Shown one piece after another: positions 49,923 through 59,452 of a stretch of 64,000 nucleotides of DNA. The notes under the pieces were generated by a model that was given only the letters and a program-made list of their open reading frames with translations, had not been told where the DNA came from and made no database searches. Source of the DNA: an uncultured Halanaerobiaceae bacterium (GTDB lineage: Bacteria; Bacillota; Halanaerobiia; Halanaerobiales; Halarsenatibacteraceae); assembly GCA_964628755.1 (NCBI GenBank), contig CAZVMQ010000001.1:28628-92627 (forward strand), in the 5' to 3' direction. The position numbers and the translations under genes are program-made. The first letter of the stretch is position 1, and each line of letters opens with the position of its first letter.

Positions 49923-51167
49923 TTGGAAACAAGAAGAGTTGTAGTAACAGGAATGGGAGTTCTGACATCTTTAGGAGATAATGTAAAAGATTTTTGGGCG
50001 AACTTAACTGCCGGCAATTCAGGCATTAAAAAGATAGAAGGCATCGATGATGTCGAAAAATTTCCCAGTCAAATCGGGGCAGAAATCCAGGAATTTAATC
50101 CTGATTGTTATATAGATAAAAAATCTCGCAAACGTATGGCTCTTTTTACTCAATATGGAGTTTATTCTGCTTTAGAAGCTTTGGAGGACGCAGAGTTAGA
50201 AATTGATGAAAAGCTGGAAAAGGAAACAGGTGTAATCGTGGGTTCAGGAATTGGTGGAATTGAAGTTATTGAAGAACAGATAAATAGACTGCAGAATAGA
50301 GGTCCGAAACGGGTCAGTCCTTTTTTCATTCCCATGATGATCTCCAACATGTGTGCCGGTCAAATTTCAATTTATGCTGGAGCTAAAGGACCCAATAGTA
50401 ATACTGTCACAGCCTGTGCTTCTGCTACCCATGCAATTGGAGATGCTATGGAGGTTATTAAGAGGGGCGATGCTTCAGTCATGATTGCCGGTGGCACAGA
50501 AGCTTCGATAGCGCCTTCCGCTCTGGCTGGATTTGGTAATATGAAAGCTTTATCTACCAGAAATGATGAACCGGAAAAAGCCAGCAGACCCTTTGATGCA
50601 GAAAGAGATGGGTTTGTGATTGGAGAAGGCAGTGGCATGTTAATTCTTGAAGAACTTGATCATGCTCGCCAGCGTGATGCAAAAATTTACGGTGAAATTA
50701 GTGGGTATGGCTCTACAGCCGATGCCTATCACATCACACAACCTGATCCGGAAGGTGACGGAGCTGCTAGAGCTATGGATGTAGCTATCAAAGAATCCAC
50801 CATTACTCATGATGATATAGATTATATTAATGCTCATGGTACTTCTACTCCCTTCAATGATAAACTGGAAACTAAAGCAATAAAGAAAATTTTTGCGAAT
50901 AAAGCGAAAGATTTAAATATTAGCTCCACTAAATCTATGACGGGCCATCTATTGGGAGCTGCTGGAGCAGTTGAAACTATTGCTTCTTTAAAAGCTCTGG
51001 AAACCAGGGTTTTACCTCCTACGATTAATTACGAAAACCCTGATCCTGAATGTGATTTATATTATGTGCCTAATGAGAGTGAAAAACTGGAAGAAGTTAA
51101 TGCGGTTATGACTAATTCTTTTGGTTTTGGCGGGCATAACGCCTGTCTGGTAATGAATAAATTGTAA
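49923..51167 (+). CDS. fabF: 3-oxoacyl-ACP synthase II
   Basis: RRVVVTG, TACAS, NAHGTST, TGHLLGAAG and NSFGFGG motifs. Confidence 0.97.
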   Translation: METRRVVVTGMGVLTSLGDNVKDFWANLTAGNSGIKKIEGIDDVEKFPSQIGAEIQEFNPDCYIDKKSRKRMALFTQYGVYSALEALEDAELEIDEKLEKETGVIVGSGIGGIEVIEEQINRLQNRGPKRVSPFFIPMMISNMCAGQISIYAGAKGPNSNTVTACASATHAIGDAMEVIKRGDASVMIAGGTEASIAPSALAGFGNMKALSTRNDEPEKASRPFDAERDGFVIGEGSGMLILEELDHARQRDAKIYGEISGYGSTADAYHITQPDPEGDGAARAMDVAIKESTITHDDIDYINAHGTSTPFNDKLETKAIKKIFANKAKDLNISSTKSMTGHLLGAAGAVETIASLKALETRVLPPTINYENPDPECDLYYVPNESEKLEEVNAVMTNSFGFGGHNACLVMNKL

Positions 51168-51178
51168 ATTATTCGAGG

Positions 51179-51901
51179 ATGGTGAATTATTTGTCGAAAT
51201 TTTTGTTGGACAAAACGGGTCTGCAGAATCTGGAAGCAAAAATTGACATTGAATTTGCTAACAAAGATTTATTAAGAAGAGCTGTAACCCATAAATCTTT
51301 TCCTAATGAAAATCAAGAGTACGACATTAATGATAATGAGAGATTGGAATTTTTGGGGGATTCGGTTTTAGGACTGGCGATTTCTACTTATTTATTTAGA
51401 AATTATCCTCAGGCCTCGGAAGGAAAACTGGCCAAAGTTCGGGCAATATTAGTGAGCTCAGACATGCTGGCTCGAAAAGCTCAGGCTTTAAAATTAAACG
51501 AACATCTGCTGTTAGGACACGGGGAAGAGCTCACAGGTGGTAGAGATAGAGATTCAATTTTAGCAGATTCTCTGGAAGCAATTTTTGGGGCAATTTATTT
51601 AGAAAAAGGTTTTTCTCGCACAGAGGATTTCATAATTAATTTTTTTCAGGATGATATTAGAAAAGTTTGGGCGGGAGATCATAAGAAAGATTATAAAACC
51701 TTGCTCCAGGAAAAAATTCAAAAAAATAGTGATAAGCGACCGGAATATGTGGTCGCAGATGAAGAGGGACCGGATCACAATAAGAGTTTTGTTGTTGAGG
51801 TGAAACTGGCAGATGAAACTCTGGGAATAGGCCGGGGCAGCAGTAAAAAAACAGCAGAACAGCAGGCTGCACGTTCTGCCCTGAAAAATCTGCAAAAATA
51901 A
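51179..51901 (+). CDS. rnc: Ribonuclease III
   Basis: NERLEFLGDSVL and ADSLEA.FGA.Y motifs; dsRBD DYKT.LQE...G.SKK.AEQ.AA. Confidence 0.97.
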   Translation: MVNYLSKFLLDKTGLQNLEAKIDIEFANKDLLRRAVTHKSFPNENQEYDINDNERLEFLGDSVLGLAISTYLFRNYPQASEGKLAKVRAILVSSDMLARKAQALKLNEHLLLGHGEELTGGRDRDSILADSLEAIFGAIYLEKGFSRTEDFIINFFQDDIRKVWAGDHKKDYKTLLQEKIQKNSDKRPEYVVADEEGPDHNKSFVVEVKLADETLGIGRGSSKKTAEQQAARSALKNLQK

Positions 51902-51949
51902 AAGTGTTTGCATGGTTATGATTTACAATAATCCTGAGGGGGAATATCA

Positions 51950-52321
51950 ATGTATGCCATTAGAGGGGCTACAACAGTAAAGCAAAATACTGAAGAGGAT
52001 ATAAGATCAGCAGTTGTAGATATGATGAAAGAGATTATGGCTAAAAATATGCTGACATCAGAGGAGATTATTAGTGTTATTTTCTCCTCTACCACCGATG
52101 TAACTGCTTTGTATCCGGCCAGGGCATTTCGCGAACTGGGATATGATGATATTCCCCTTTTCAGCTGTACTGAACCTCCTGTTAAAAATAGTCTGGATTT
52201 ATGTATAAGAGTTTTGCTGCATATAGATCGTAAGTCTGAGAATTCTGGCTCAACTAAACATATTTATAAAAATAAAGCGGCAGAGCTAAGACCGGATTTG
52301 CTGGAAGCAGAATCAAATTGA
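51950..52321 (+). CDS. aroH: Chorismate mutase, AroH class
   Basis: AIRGATTV, YPA, CIRVL and LRPD motifs. Confidence 0.93.
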   Translation: MYAIRGATTVKQNTEEDIRSAVVDMMKEIMAKNMLTSEEIISVIFSSTTDVTALYPARAFRELGYDDIPLFSCTEPPVKNSLDLCIRVLLHIDRKSENSGSTKHIYKNKAAELRPDLLEAESN

Positions 52322-52393
52322 TATGTCAAAGGTACTAATTTTTACCTTAACTGACAGAACTTAGCGTATTGATAGATCGAGGAGGCCAGTGTT

Positions 52394-53071
52394 ATGCCCC
52401 ATGCAATTGCTGTAGATGGACCTTCGGGTTCTGGTAAAAGCACCGTGGCTAAAATTGTAGCCGGACGTTTAAAATTTAATTATATTGACACCGGAGCTAT
52501 GTATAGAGCAGTAGCTCTTTATTGTATCAGGCAAAATTTAACCAGCGATGATGTTGATGAGATTGCCAGCTCGGCAGATAAACTAAAAATTAATTTTGGT
52601 TCCATAAAAGATAATGGCAGCCAGAATATTTATCTCAATGGTGAAAATATAACGGAAAGAATAAGAGAACAGGATGTAGACGAAAATGTGTCTGAGATAG
52701 CCAGCATTCCGGCAGTTCGAGAAATTTTACTTACCAAACAAAGGAGACTTGCCCGGGAAAAAGATGTTATTATGGATGGCAGAGATATTGGAACAAGGGT
52801 TTTGCCTGCTGCAGATTTGAAAATTTTTTTAACTGCCAGTCTGGAGGTAAGAACAGACAGAAGATATAAAGAATTGCGGGAGAAAGGCGAAAAAATTTCC
52901 CGGGAAAAAGTTAAGAAAAATTTAGCTAAAAGGGACCAAAAAGATAGCAGTCGCAGCCATTCACCTCTGGCTAAAGCTGATAATGCTGTGGAGATAAACT
53001 CAAATAATCTTTCTCCTGAACAGGTAGCGGACAGGATTATAGAACTTTATAGAGAAGAGGTGGAAAGTTGA
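52394..53071 (+). CDS. cmk: Cytidylate kinase
   Basis: AVDGPSGSGKST, DTGAMYRA, MDGRDIGT and RD..DS.R motifs. Confidence 0.97.
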   Translation: MPHAIAVDGPSGSGKSTVAKIVAGRLKFNYIDTGAMYRAVALYCIRQNLTSDDVDEIASSADKLKINFGSIKDNGSQNIYLNGENITERIREQDVDENVSEIASIPAVREILLTKQRRLAREKDVIMDGRDIGTRVLPAADLKIFLTASLEVRTDRRYKELREKGEKISREKVKKNLAKRDQKDSSRSHSPLAKADNAVEINSNNLSPEQVADRIIELYREEVES

Positions 53072-53658
53072 AAAACATAATATACTGGCTGGCTAAAATT
53101 TTTGTTATAATTGTTGCTCGGACATTATTAAGAGTTAAGATAAAGGGCCGGGAAAACATTCCGGAAGAAGGTCCGGTTGTAGTTATGTCCAATCATATTA
53201 GTATGCTGGATCCTCCACTCATCGGCTCTTTTATGCCTCGCAAAATATCTTTTATGGCCAAAAAAGAGTTGTTTAAAAATCCAATCATTGCCTGGTTTCT
53301 GGGAGCTTTGGGAGCTTTTCCGGTAAAGCGGGGAACCGGAGATAGAAAAGCTTTAAAAAAATCTTTACGGATATTGCGCGATGGCAAAGTTCTGGGCTTA
53401 TTCCCGGAAGGGACCCGGTATCCAGAAGGGGAGCTGGGAGAACCTCATACAGGTTCAATCATGATAGCTATTATGGGGGAGGCACCGATAGTGCCGGTAG
53501 GGATAAAAAATATCAAGAAAAAAGGTAGAACCACAATAAATTTTGGGGAACCTATTTACCTGGAACAATATTTTGAAGACAGACCGGATAAAGAGGAACA
53601 AAAAGAGATAGCTGAGGGTATAATGAAGGAAATAGAAAAATTAATATATTATGAATGA
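53068..53658 (+). CDS. plsC: 1-acyl-sn-glycerol-3-phosphate acyltransferase
   Basis: NHISMLD, FMAKKELF and FPEGTR motifs. Confidence 0.93.
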   Translation: MKNIIYWLAKIFVIIVARTLLRVKIKGRENIPEEGPVVVMSNHISMLDPPLIGSFMPRKISFMAKKELFKNPIIAWFLGALGAFPVKRGTGDRKALKKSLRILRDGKVLGLFPEGTRYPEGELGEPHTGSIMIAIMGEAPIVPVGIKNIKKKGRTTINFGEPIYLEQYFEDRPDKEEQKEIAEGIMKEIEKLIYYE

Positions 53659-53666
53659 AATTACAC

Positions 53667-53695
53667 TTGATTATTGCAGTAAATTATTTTAGAAT
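53667..53695 (+). promoter_or_regulatory. Putative sigma-A promoter of ispH-rpsA
   Basis: TTGATT-17 nt-TAGAAT, immediately upstream of the sigma-H-type site. Confidence 0.45.
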
Positions 53696-53699
53696 ATAA

Positions 53700-53729
53700 G
53701 CAGGAATTTAAGTAGCTTTTAGAGAATTC
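53700..53729 (+). promoter_or_regulatory. Putative sigma-H-type promoter of ispH-rpsA
   Basis: GCAGGAATT (AGGA 53702-53705), an 18-nt spacer, then GAAT (53724-53727). Confidence 0.65.
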
Positions 53730-53764
53730 ATTAAAAGAATGCAGTTATAGAGAGGCTGGAGGGG

Positions 53765-56014
53765 GTGTACTGGCTGGAGATTCTGACAGCGGAAGAGGCT
53801 GGCTTCTGTTTCGGTGTAAAAAGGGCTATTAAATTAGCTACTGAAGCTGTTAACAATAGTGAAGAACAGGATGTTTATACTATCGGTCCTATTATTCACA
53901 ATCCTCAGGTAGTAGACAATTTAAAAAAAATGGGAATTAAAATTGCAGAATCTATAGATGATATAGATTCCGGAATTATTATAATTCGTTCTCACGGTGT
54001 TAAACCGGAAATAATTCAAAAGGCCCGGGATAAAGGTCTTGACATTATAGATGCTACCTGTCCTTATGTCAAAAAAGCCCAGGATAATGCCTGCCGTTTA
54101 AAAGAAGATGATTATCAAACTCTGATCTACGGTGATAAAGAGCACCCTGAAGTCAAAGGAATACTGGGAGCAGCTCAGGGCCAGGCTGAAATCATCGAGG
54201 AAGAAAAAGATATTGAAAAAATTGATATTGGAGCCAGGGTGGGGATAGTAGCCCAAACTACCAAGTCGCCCACGTCTTTTCAAAAGCTAATTGTAAAATT
54301 AATCCCCCTTGTCAAAGAATTGAGAGTTTTTAATACAATTTGTAATACCACCCAGGTCAGACAGAAATCAGCTGTAAATCTGGCTGAAAAGGTTGAGATC
54401 ATGTTCGTCATAGGTGGTTTTAACAGTGCTAATACTAGTCGTCTGGTAGAAATGTGTTCGCAAACTGGAACCCCTACCTATCACATTGAAACACCGGACG
54501 ATATAGATTGGAGCTGGATAGAAAATGTGGAGAAAATAGGACTAACTGCCGGGGCTTCCACCCCGGATTGGATTATAAAGGAGGTCATTCAGTTAATGAG
54601 TCAAGAGGACAAAGACTTGCAAATGAACGAAGAATCTCAGGAAGAGGAACTGGAATTGGCAGAAGAAAAAACTTCACAAGACAAAGAAGAGGTGGAACAG
54701 GAAATGGAAACAGAAAACGTTACTGATGAAACGGAAGTTATGGAAGCAGACACTGAAGATGAGGCAGCAGAAGAAGAGCCAGAAGCAGAATCAGTTGGGG
54801 AAACTGAGGAAAAATCTGCTCAGGAAGAAATGATGAGTGAGAATGATATGGCAAATATCGAAAAAGGTCAATTAATCGAAGGTACCGTGGTCGAAATTAA
54901 CGAAAGAGGTGTGTATGTTGATGTAAATTACAAATCAGATGGCTTTATTCCCCTGCGGGAATTGAGCACTTCTGATGTTTCCGACCCTCATGAGGTGGTT
55001 GAGCTTGATGAGGAGATAAAAGTTGTTGTTTTAACCCTGGAAGATGAAGAAGGCAACATGGTACTGTCCCACAAAAGGGCGGAACAGGAAGAAGCCTGGG
55101 AAGATATTCAGAAGGCCCATGAAAATGATGAAGTTATAGAAGCTGAGATAACTAAAGAAGTAAAAGGTGGTCTTGTTGCTGATGTCGGTCTAAGAGGTTT
55201 TATACCTGCTTCTCATGTAGCTATAGGTTATGTTGAAGACCTGAGCGAATATGTGGGGGAAACACTGCAGCTAAAAATTATTGAGGTCGATAAGAACAAT
55301 AATAATGTTGTGCTTTCTCACAAGAAGGTTCTGGAAAAAGAAAGAGAGCAGAAGAAAGAAGAAACTCTGGCAGAGTTAGAAGAAGGGCAAAATGTTTCTG
55401 GTAAAGTAACTAAACTTGTTGAGTTTGGTGCCTTTGTGGACCTGGGTGGTATCGAAGGACTTCTGCATATATCCGAAATGTCCTGGGGAAGAATAGGTCA
55501 TCCTTCAGATATACTGGATGAAGGAGAAGAGATTGAGGTAAAAGTGCTTGATGTTGATAAAGAAGAGGAAAGAATTTCTCTGGGTTTAAAACAGCTGTTA
55601 CCCGATCCCTGGGAAGAATTTGCAGAAAAGCATTATGAAGGTGAGATAATTGAAGGCACAATTACTAAAATAGTTGATTTTGGCGCTTTTATGGAAGTTG
55701 AAGATGGAATAGAAGGTTTAATTCACATATCACAGCTGTCACATCGTCATGTAAAAACTCCCGATGAAGTTGTTGAAGTTGGAGAAGAGAGAGAAGCTAA
55801 AATTATTAACATCGACCCTGATGATAAAAGGGTTGGTTTAAGTTTAAAAGAATTAGAAGATCAAGAAGAAAGCAAATCAGAAACTCAAAAACAGGAGACC
55901 AGTGAAGAATCATCACAGACTGAAGAGGAAGACGATGCTGAAGTCGAGGATGTACCCTCGGGAGCAACTATCGGAGAACGGCTGGGAGATCTGAAAGACA
56001 TGATGGAAGAATAA
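53765..56014 (+). CDS. ispH: IspH (HMBPP reductase) - ribosomal protein S1 fusion
   Basis: IspH Cys motifs GFCFGV, DATCP and NTIC plus HPEV and AGASTP; acidic linker; four S1 domains. Confidence 0.95.
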   Translation: MYWLEILTAEEAGFCFGVKRAIKLATEAVNNSEEQDVYTIGPIIHNPQVVDNLKKMGIKIAESIDDIDSGIIIIRSHGVKPEIIQKARDKGLDIIDATCPYVKKAQDNACRLKEDDYQTLIYGDKEHPEVKGILGAAQGQAEIIEEEKDIEKIDIGARVGIVAQTTKSPTSFQKLIVKLIPLVKELRVFNTICNTTQVRQKSAVNLAEKVEIMFVIGGFNSANTSRLVEMCSQTGTPTYHIETPDDIDWSWIENVEKIGLTAGASTPDWIIKEVIQLMSQEDKDLQMNEESQEEELELAEEKTSQDKEEVEQEMETENVTDETEVMEADTEDEAAEEEPEAESVGETEEKSAQEEMMSENDMANIEKGQLIEGTVVEINERGVYVDVNYKSDGFIPLRELSTSDVSDPHEVVELDEEIKVVVLTLEDEEGNMVLSHKRAEQEEAWEDIQKAHENDEVIEAEITKEVKGGLVADVGLRGFIPASHVAIGYVEDLSEYVGETLQLKIIEVDKNNNNVVLSHKKVLEKEREQKKEETLAELEEGQNVSGKVTKLVEFGAFVDLGGIEGLLHISEMSWGRIGHPSDILDEGEEIEVKVLDVDKEEERISLGLKQLLPDPWEEFAEKHYEGEIIEGTITKIVDFGAFMEVEDGIEGLIHISQLSHRHVKTPDEVVEVGEEREAKIINIDPDDKRVGLSLKELEDQEESKSETQKQETSEESSQTEEEDDAEVEDVPSGATIGERLGDLKDMMEE
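54578..54598 (+). promoter_or_regulatory. Internal ribosome-binding site and in-frame ATG for the S1 moiety
   Basis: AAGGAGGT (54578-54585), 10 nt, then ATG (54596, Met278) exactly at the end of the IspH domain. Confidence 0.6.
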
Positions 56015-56043
56015 AATTTTCAATACAGTCAGCTTTTAAATTC

Positions 56044-56078
56044 AGGTCTGCCCTGTAAATTTTAGGGCAGACCTTTTT
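56044..56078 (+). terminator. Intrinsic terminator after ispH-rpsA
   Basis: AGGTCTGCCCT-9 nt-AGGGCAGACCT followed by TTTT. Confidence 0.85.
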
Positions 56079-56094
56079 GTTTTGGCAGTTATTG

Positions 56095-56123
56095 TTGTCA
56101 ACCCCTGTTAAATATGGTATTAT
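56095..56123 (+). promoter_or_regulatory. Putative sigma-A promoter of DUF512-der-plsY-gpsA
   Basis: TTGTCA-17 nt-TATTAT with an extended -10 TG. Confidence 0.6.
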
Positions 56124-56178
56124 CACTTATGTAGTTGATTATTTAGGTATATTTTCGCTTTAGGAGGATTGGAATGTC

Positions 56179-57483
56179 ATGGTCGAAATAGCAAATGTCA
56201 AAGAAAATTCTTTGGCCCACAGCAAAGGTATTGAGCCCGGAGACAAATTATTAAAGATTAATGGTTTAAGACCTAGAGATTATATAGATTATATGAATTG
56301 TGTTTCTGCAGGTCAGTTTGAGCTAGAAATACAAAAGAAAAAGAAAAAAAACAGCAAAAAATACACGTTTAATAGGTCATATGGAGATGAAATAGGTCTG
56401 GAATTTGCCAGTATCGTTTTTGATGAGTTGCTGACCTGTGATAACAGCTGCGAATTTTGCTTTATTGATCAACAGCCGCCAGGTTTAAGGGATAGTTTAA
56501 TGTGTAAGGACGATGATTATCGTTTTTCTTTCCTGCAGGGTAGTTTTATTACTTTAACTAATCTTAATGAGGAAGAACTAGAAAGAATTGTTAATAATCA
56601 TTTATCTCCACTTTATATATCTGTGCACACTACTAACCCTGATCTGCGTCGAAAAATTATGAATAATCCCAGAGCGGGAAAGATCAAACAACAACTTGAG
56701 TTTTTGGCTCATCATAATATTCAATTTCATTTACAGCTGGTCATTTGTCCAGGTATAAATGATGGAAGTGAACTTGATCGTACTTTTGCGGATTTGCAGA
56801 AGTTTTCTGAATCTTTGTTGTCAATTGGGATAGTACCTGTTGGTATAACTTCCTGGAGAGAGGCAGATAACGATTTAACTCCTTTTAATAGCGAGGGTGC
56901 TCGCGAAATATTAATACAAATAGAAAAATGGCAGGATAAATATGCACAAAATCAAAGAGAAAATTGTATTTATGCCGCTGATGAATTTTATTTACTGGCA
57001 GACAAAAAGATACCCAAACTGGACAGCTATGGCAGTTTTCCTCAACTGGAAAATGGTATTGGTTTAACCCGGCTCAGCCGGCATAATTATTGGAAAAAAA
57101 GACAGATCTATCCTGATAGAATCAGGGAGTCAAAACACCTGGAAATTATTACTTCTAAACTGGGAAATAAAGCTTTGCAGCCTATCTGGAATGACATGAA
57201 AAAGATAGATAACTTGAAATTGTCTGTGCAGGTAATAGATAACAATTATCTGGGAGAAGAAGTTACTGTGACCGGACTGCTTTTTGGGCGGGATATTTTA
57301 GACCAAATTTCTGGTAAAAATTGTGCTGATATTATAATCTTACCGGAGGTAATTTTTAATGATGATGGTTTGACCCTGGACGATTATTCTCAGCAGGATT
57401 TTCAATCAGCCTGTGTTAATGCTGAAGTTTTAAGTTGTAGCAGTATGGCAGAGGTTTTGGAGGTGGGTTTTGATGACAAATAG
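56179..57483 (+). CDS. DUF512 / PDZ-containing putative radical-SAM Fe-S protein
   Basis: N-terminal PDZ-like segment; CDNSCEFCFIDQ, KDDDYR.SF, SPLYISVH, DEFYL and QLENG.G motifs. Confidence 0.88.
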   Translation: MVEIANVKENSLAHSKGIEPGDKLLKINGLRPRDYIDYMNCVSAGQFELEIQKKKKKNSKKYTFNRSYGDEIGLEFASIVFDELLTCDNSCEFCFIDQQPPGLRDSLMCKDDDYRFSFLQGSFITLTNLNEEELERIVNNHLSPLYISVHTTNPDLRRKIMNNPRAGKIKQQLEFLAHHNIQFHLQLVICPGINDGSELDRTFADLQKFSESLLSIGIVPVGITSWREADNDLTPFNSEGAREILIQIEKWQDKYAQNQRENCIYAADEFYLLADKKIPKLDSYGSFPQLENGIGLTRLSRHNYWKKRQIYPDRIRESKHLEIITSKLGNKALQPIWNDMKKIDNLKLSVQVIDNNYLGEEVTVTGLLFGRDILDQISGKNCADIIILPEVIFNDDGLTLDDYSQQDFQSACVNAEVLSCSSMAEVLEVGFDDK

Positions 57484-58798
57484 ACCGGTGGTCGCAATTG
57501 TAGGTAGGCCTAATGTGGGAAAATCTACACTTTTTAATAGATTGATTAAACAGAGAAAAGCTATTGTGGAAGGAACTCCTAATTTAACCAGAGATAGAAT
57601 CTACGGGGAAGCTAAGTGGCAGGATGAATCCTATACAGTAGTAGATACGGGAGGACTGGAACTTAGCTCGACTGATGAGTTTAAAAATCAGGTTGAATTT
57701 CAGGTGGAAGAGGCTATCAGAGAAGCTCATCTTATAATTTTTGTAGTTGATGTAAGGGAAGGTATTATGCCACTGGATGAAGAAATAGCCAGAATGCTGC
57801 GCCAAAAACAGGCTAATGTCATAGTGGCCGCCAACAAAATGGATGATTTTACTTCACAGGAGCAGCCCTGGGAATTTTATAGCCTGGGATTTGATGAAGT
57901 TATACCTATTTCTGCAGAACACGGTAAAAATATAGGTGATCTTAATGAAAAAATAGCCAATAATTTAGCTAATGAAATGCAGGAAGCTTTTACCGAAGAT
58001 CGAGAAGATGTTATTGAGGTAGCTATTGTCGGCAAACCCAATGTGGGCAAATCATCGCTGGTAAATTATCTTTTGGGGGAAAATAGGGTGATTGTTAGTC
58101 CCAAACCGGGGACTACCAGAGATGCAGTAGATACTATTCTGGAAAGTGAAGGCACCAGATTCAATTTAATCGATACTGCTGGTTTAAGAAAAAAAGCCAG
58201 AGTACATGAGGATGTTGAGTATTATAGTAATTTAAGAGCAATCAAAGCTATAGAAAGAGCAAATGTAGTAGTAATGATGCTGGATGCGGGAGAAGGTGTT
58301 ACGAAACAGGACAAAAAAATCGTGGGTTATGCTCATGATGAGGGTAAGCCTGTGGTTCTGGCAGTTAATAAATGGGACACTATTCCAAAAGACACTCACA
58401 CTGTGGATCTTTATCGAGAAGAAATTTATCACCAGTTAAAATTTATTAATTTTGCGCCTATAACTTTCATCTCGGCTTTAACAGGAAAAAGAGTTCATGA
58501 AATTCTGGAATTATCTGAATATGTATATGATCAATCTTTACAGCGCATTAAAACAGGAGTATTAAATGAAGTCATTCAGGATGCAATTCAGATGAATCCA
58601 CCTCCTTCATATCAGGGTAAAAGATTAAAAATATATTATGTAACCCAAACTGATGTGGGACCACCGCATTTTGTATTTTTCGTAAATAACCCTGATCTGG
58701 TACATTTTGCTTATAAAAGGTTTCTGGAGAATGAAATTAGAAAAGCTTTTGGTTTTGTGGGAACACCCGTGAGAATGAAATTTAAGCAAAGGGAATAA
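57470..58798 (+). CDS. der: Ribosome biogenesis GTPase Der (EngA)
   Basis: Tandem G domains (GRPNVGKST/DTGG and GKPNVGKSS/DTAG); KH-like C-terminus. Confidence 0.98.
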   Translation: MMTNRPVVAIVGRPNVGKSTLFNRLIKQRKAIVEGTPNLTRDRIYGEAKWQDESYTVVDTGGLELSSTDEFKNQVEFQVEEAIREAHLIIFVVDVREGIMPLDEEIARMLRQKQANVIVAANKMDDFTSQEQPWEFYSLGFDEVIPISAEHGKNIGDLNEKIANNLANEMQEAFTEDREDVIEVAIVGKPNVGKSSLVNYLLGENRVIVSPKPGTTRDAVDTILESEGTRFNLIDTAGLRKKARVHEDVEYYSNLRAIKAIERANVVVMMLDAGEGVTKQDKKIVGYAHDEGKPVVLAVNKWDTIPKDTHTVDLYREEIYHQLKFINFAPITFISALTGKRVHEILELSEYVYDQSLQRIKTGVLNEVIQDAIQMNPPPSYQGKRLKIYYVTQTDVGPPHFVFFVNNPDLVHFAYKRFLENEIRKAFGFVGTPVRMKFKQRE

Positions 58799-58811
58799 GG
58801 GGGAAAATTTA

Positions 58812-59414
58812 ATGGAACTTATTCTTCCTGTAGTGCTTGCCTACTTAATCGGTTCTATACCTACTGCCTATCTTGTTACTAAAAAGTTTTTGCATACAGA
58901 TATTCGTAATTATGGGAGCGGTAATGTCGGCGCTACCAATGTTGCCAGAAAACTGGGATTTAAAATGGGAGCTTTTGTTGCTCTGGTAGATATTGCTAAA
59001 GGATTAATCCCTCTGTTAATTGCCAGAATTATCCTGCCGCCAGCTTCTCCTGCTTTTTATCTTTACATAATTGGCCTGGCAGCAATCATAGGACATGTTA
59101 AATCGATATTTTTAAAGTTTGATGGAGGCAAAGGGGTAGCAACTACATTTGGAGTGATGCTAGGAGTTGCTCCCGCCAGTTTTGTGGTGATGGGGCTGGT
59201 CTGGTTAATAATTGCTTTCACCTTAAAAATCGTTTCAGTTGCATCTTTGCTTGCTAACTTAAGTCTGCCATTATCAGCCTATATTTTTACTGGTTCAGGT
59301 TTTCAGGTGTTTTTTGCGGCTCTGGTGTTTATCTTTATAGCAATAACCCATCGGGGTAATATAAAAAGATTAATACGCGGAGAAGAAAATCCTATTAATC
59401 TGGGAGATAGATAA
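58812..59414 (+). CDS. plsY: Glycerol-3-phosphate acyltransferase PlsY
   Basis: YLIGSIP, GSGNVGATN, GGKGVAT and HRGNIKRL motifs. Confidence 0.96.
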   Translation: MELILPVVLAYLIGSIPTAYLVTKKFLHTDIRNYGSGNVGATNVARKLGFKMGAFVALVDIAKGLIPLLIARIILPPASPAFYLYIIGLAAIIGHVKSIFLKFDGGKGVATTFGVMLGVAPASFVVMGLVWLIIAFTLKIVSVASLLANLSLPLSAYIFTGSGFQVFFAALVFIFIAITHRGNIKRLIRGEENPINLGDR

Positions 59415-59452
59415 TTTATTTTATTTCAGAAGTTGTTATAGGAGTTGATATC

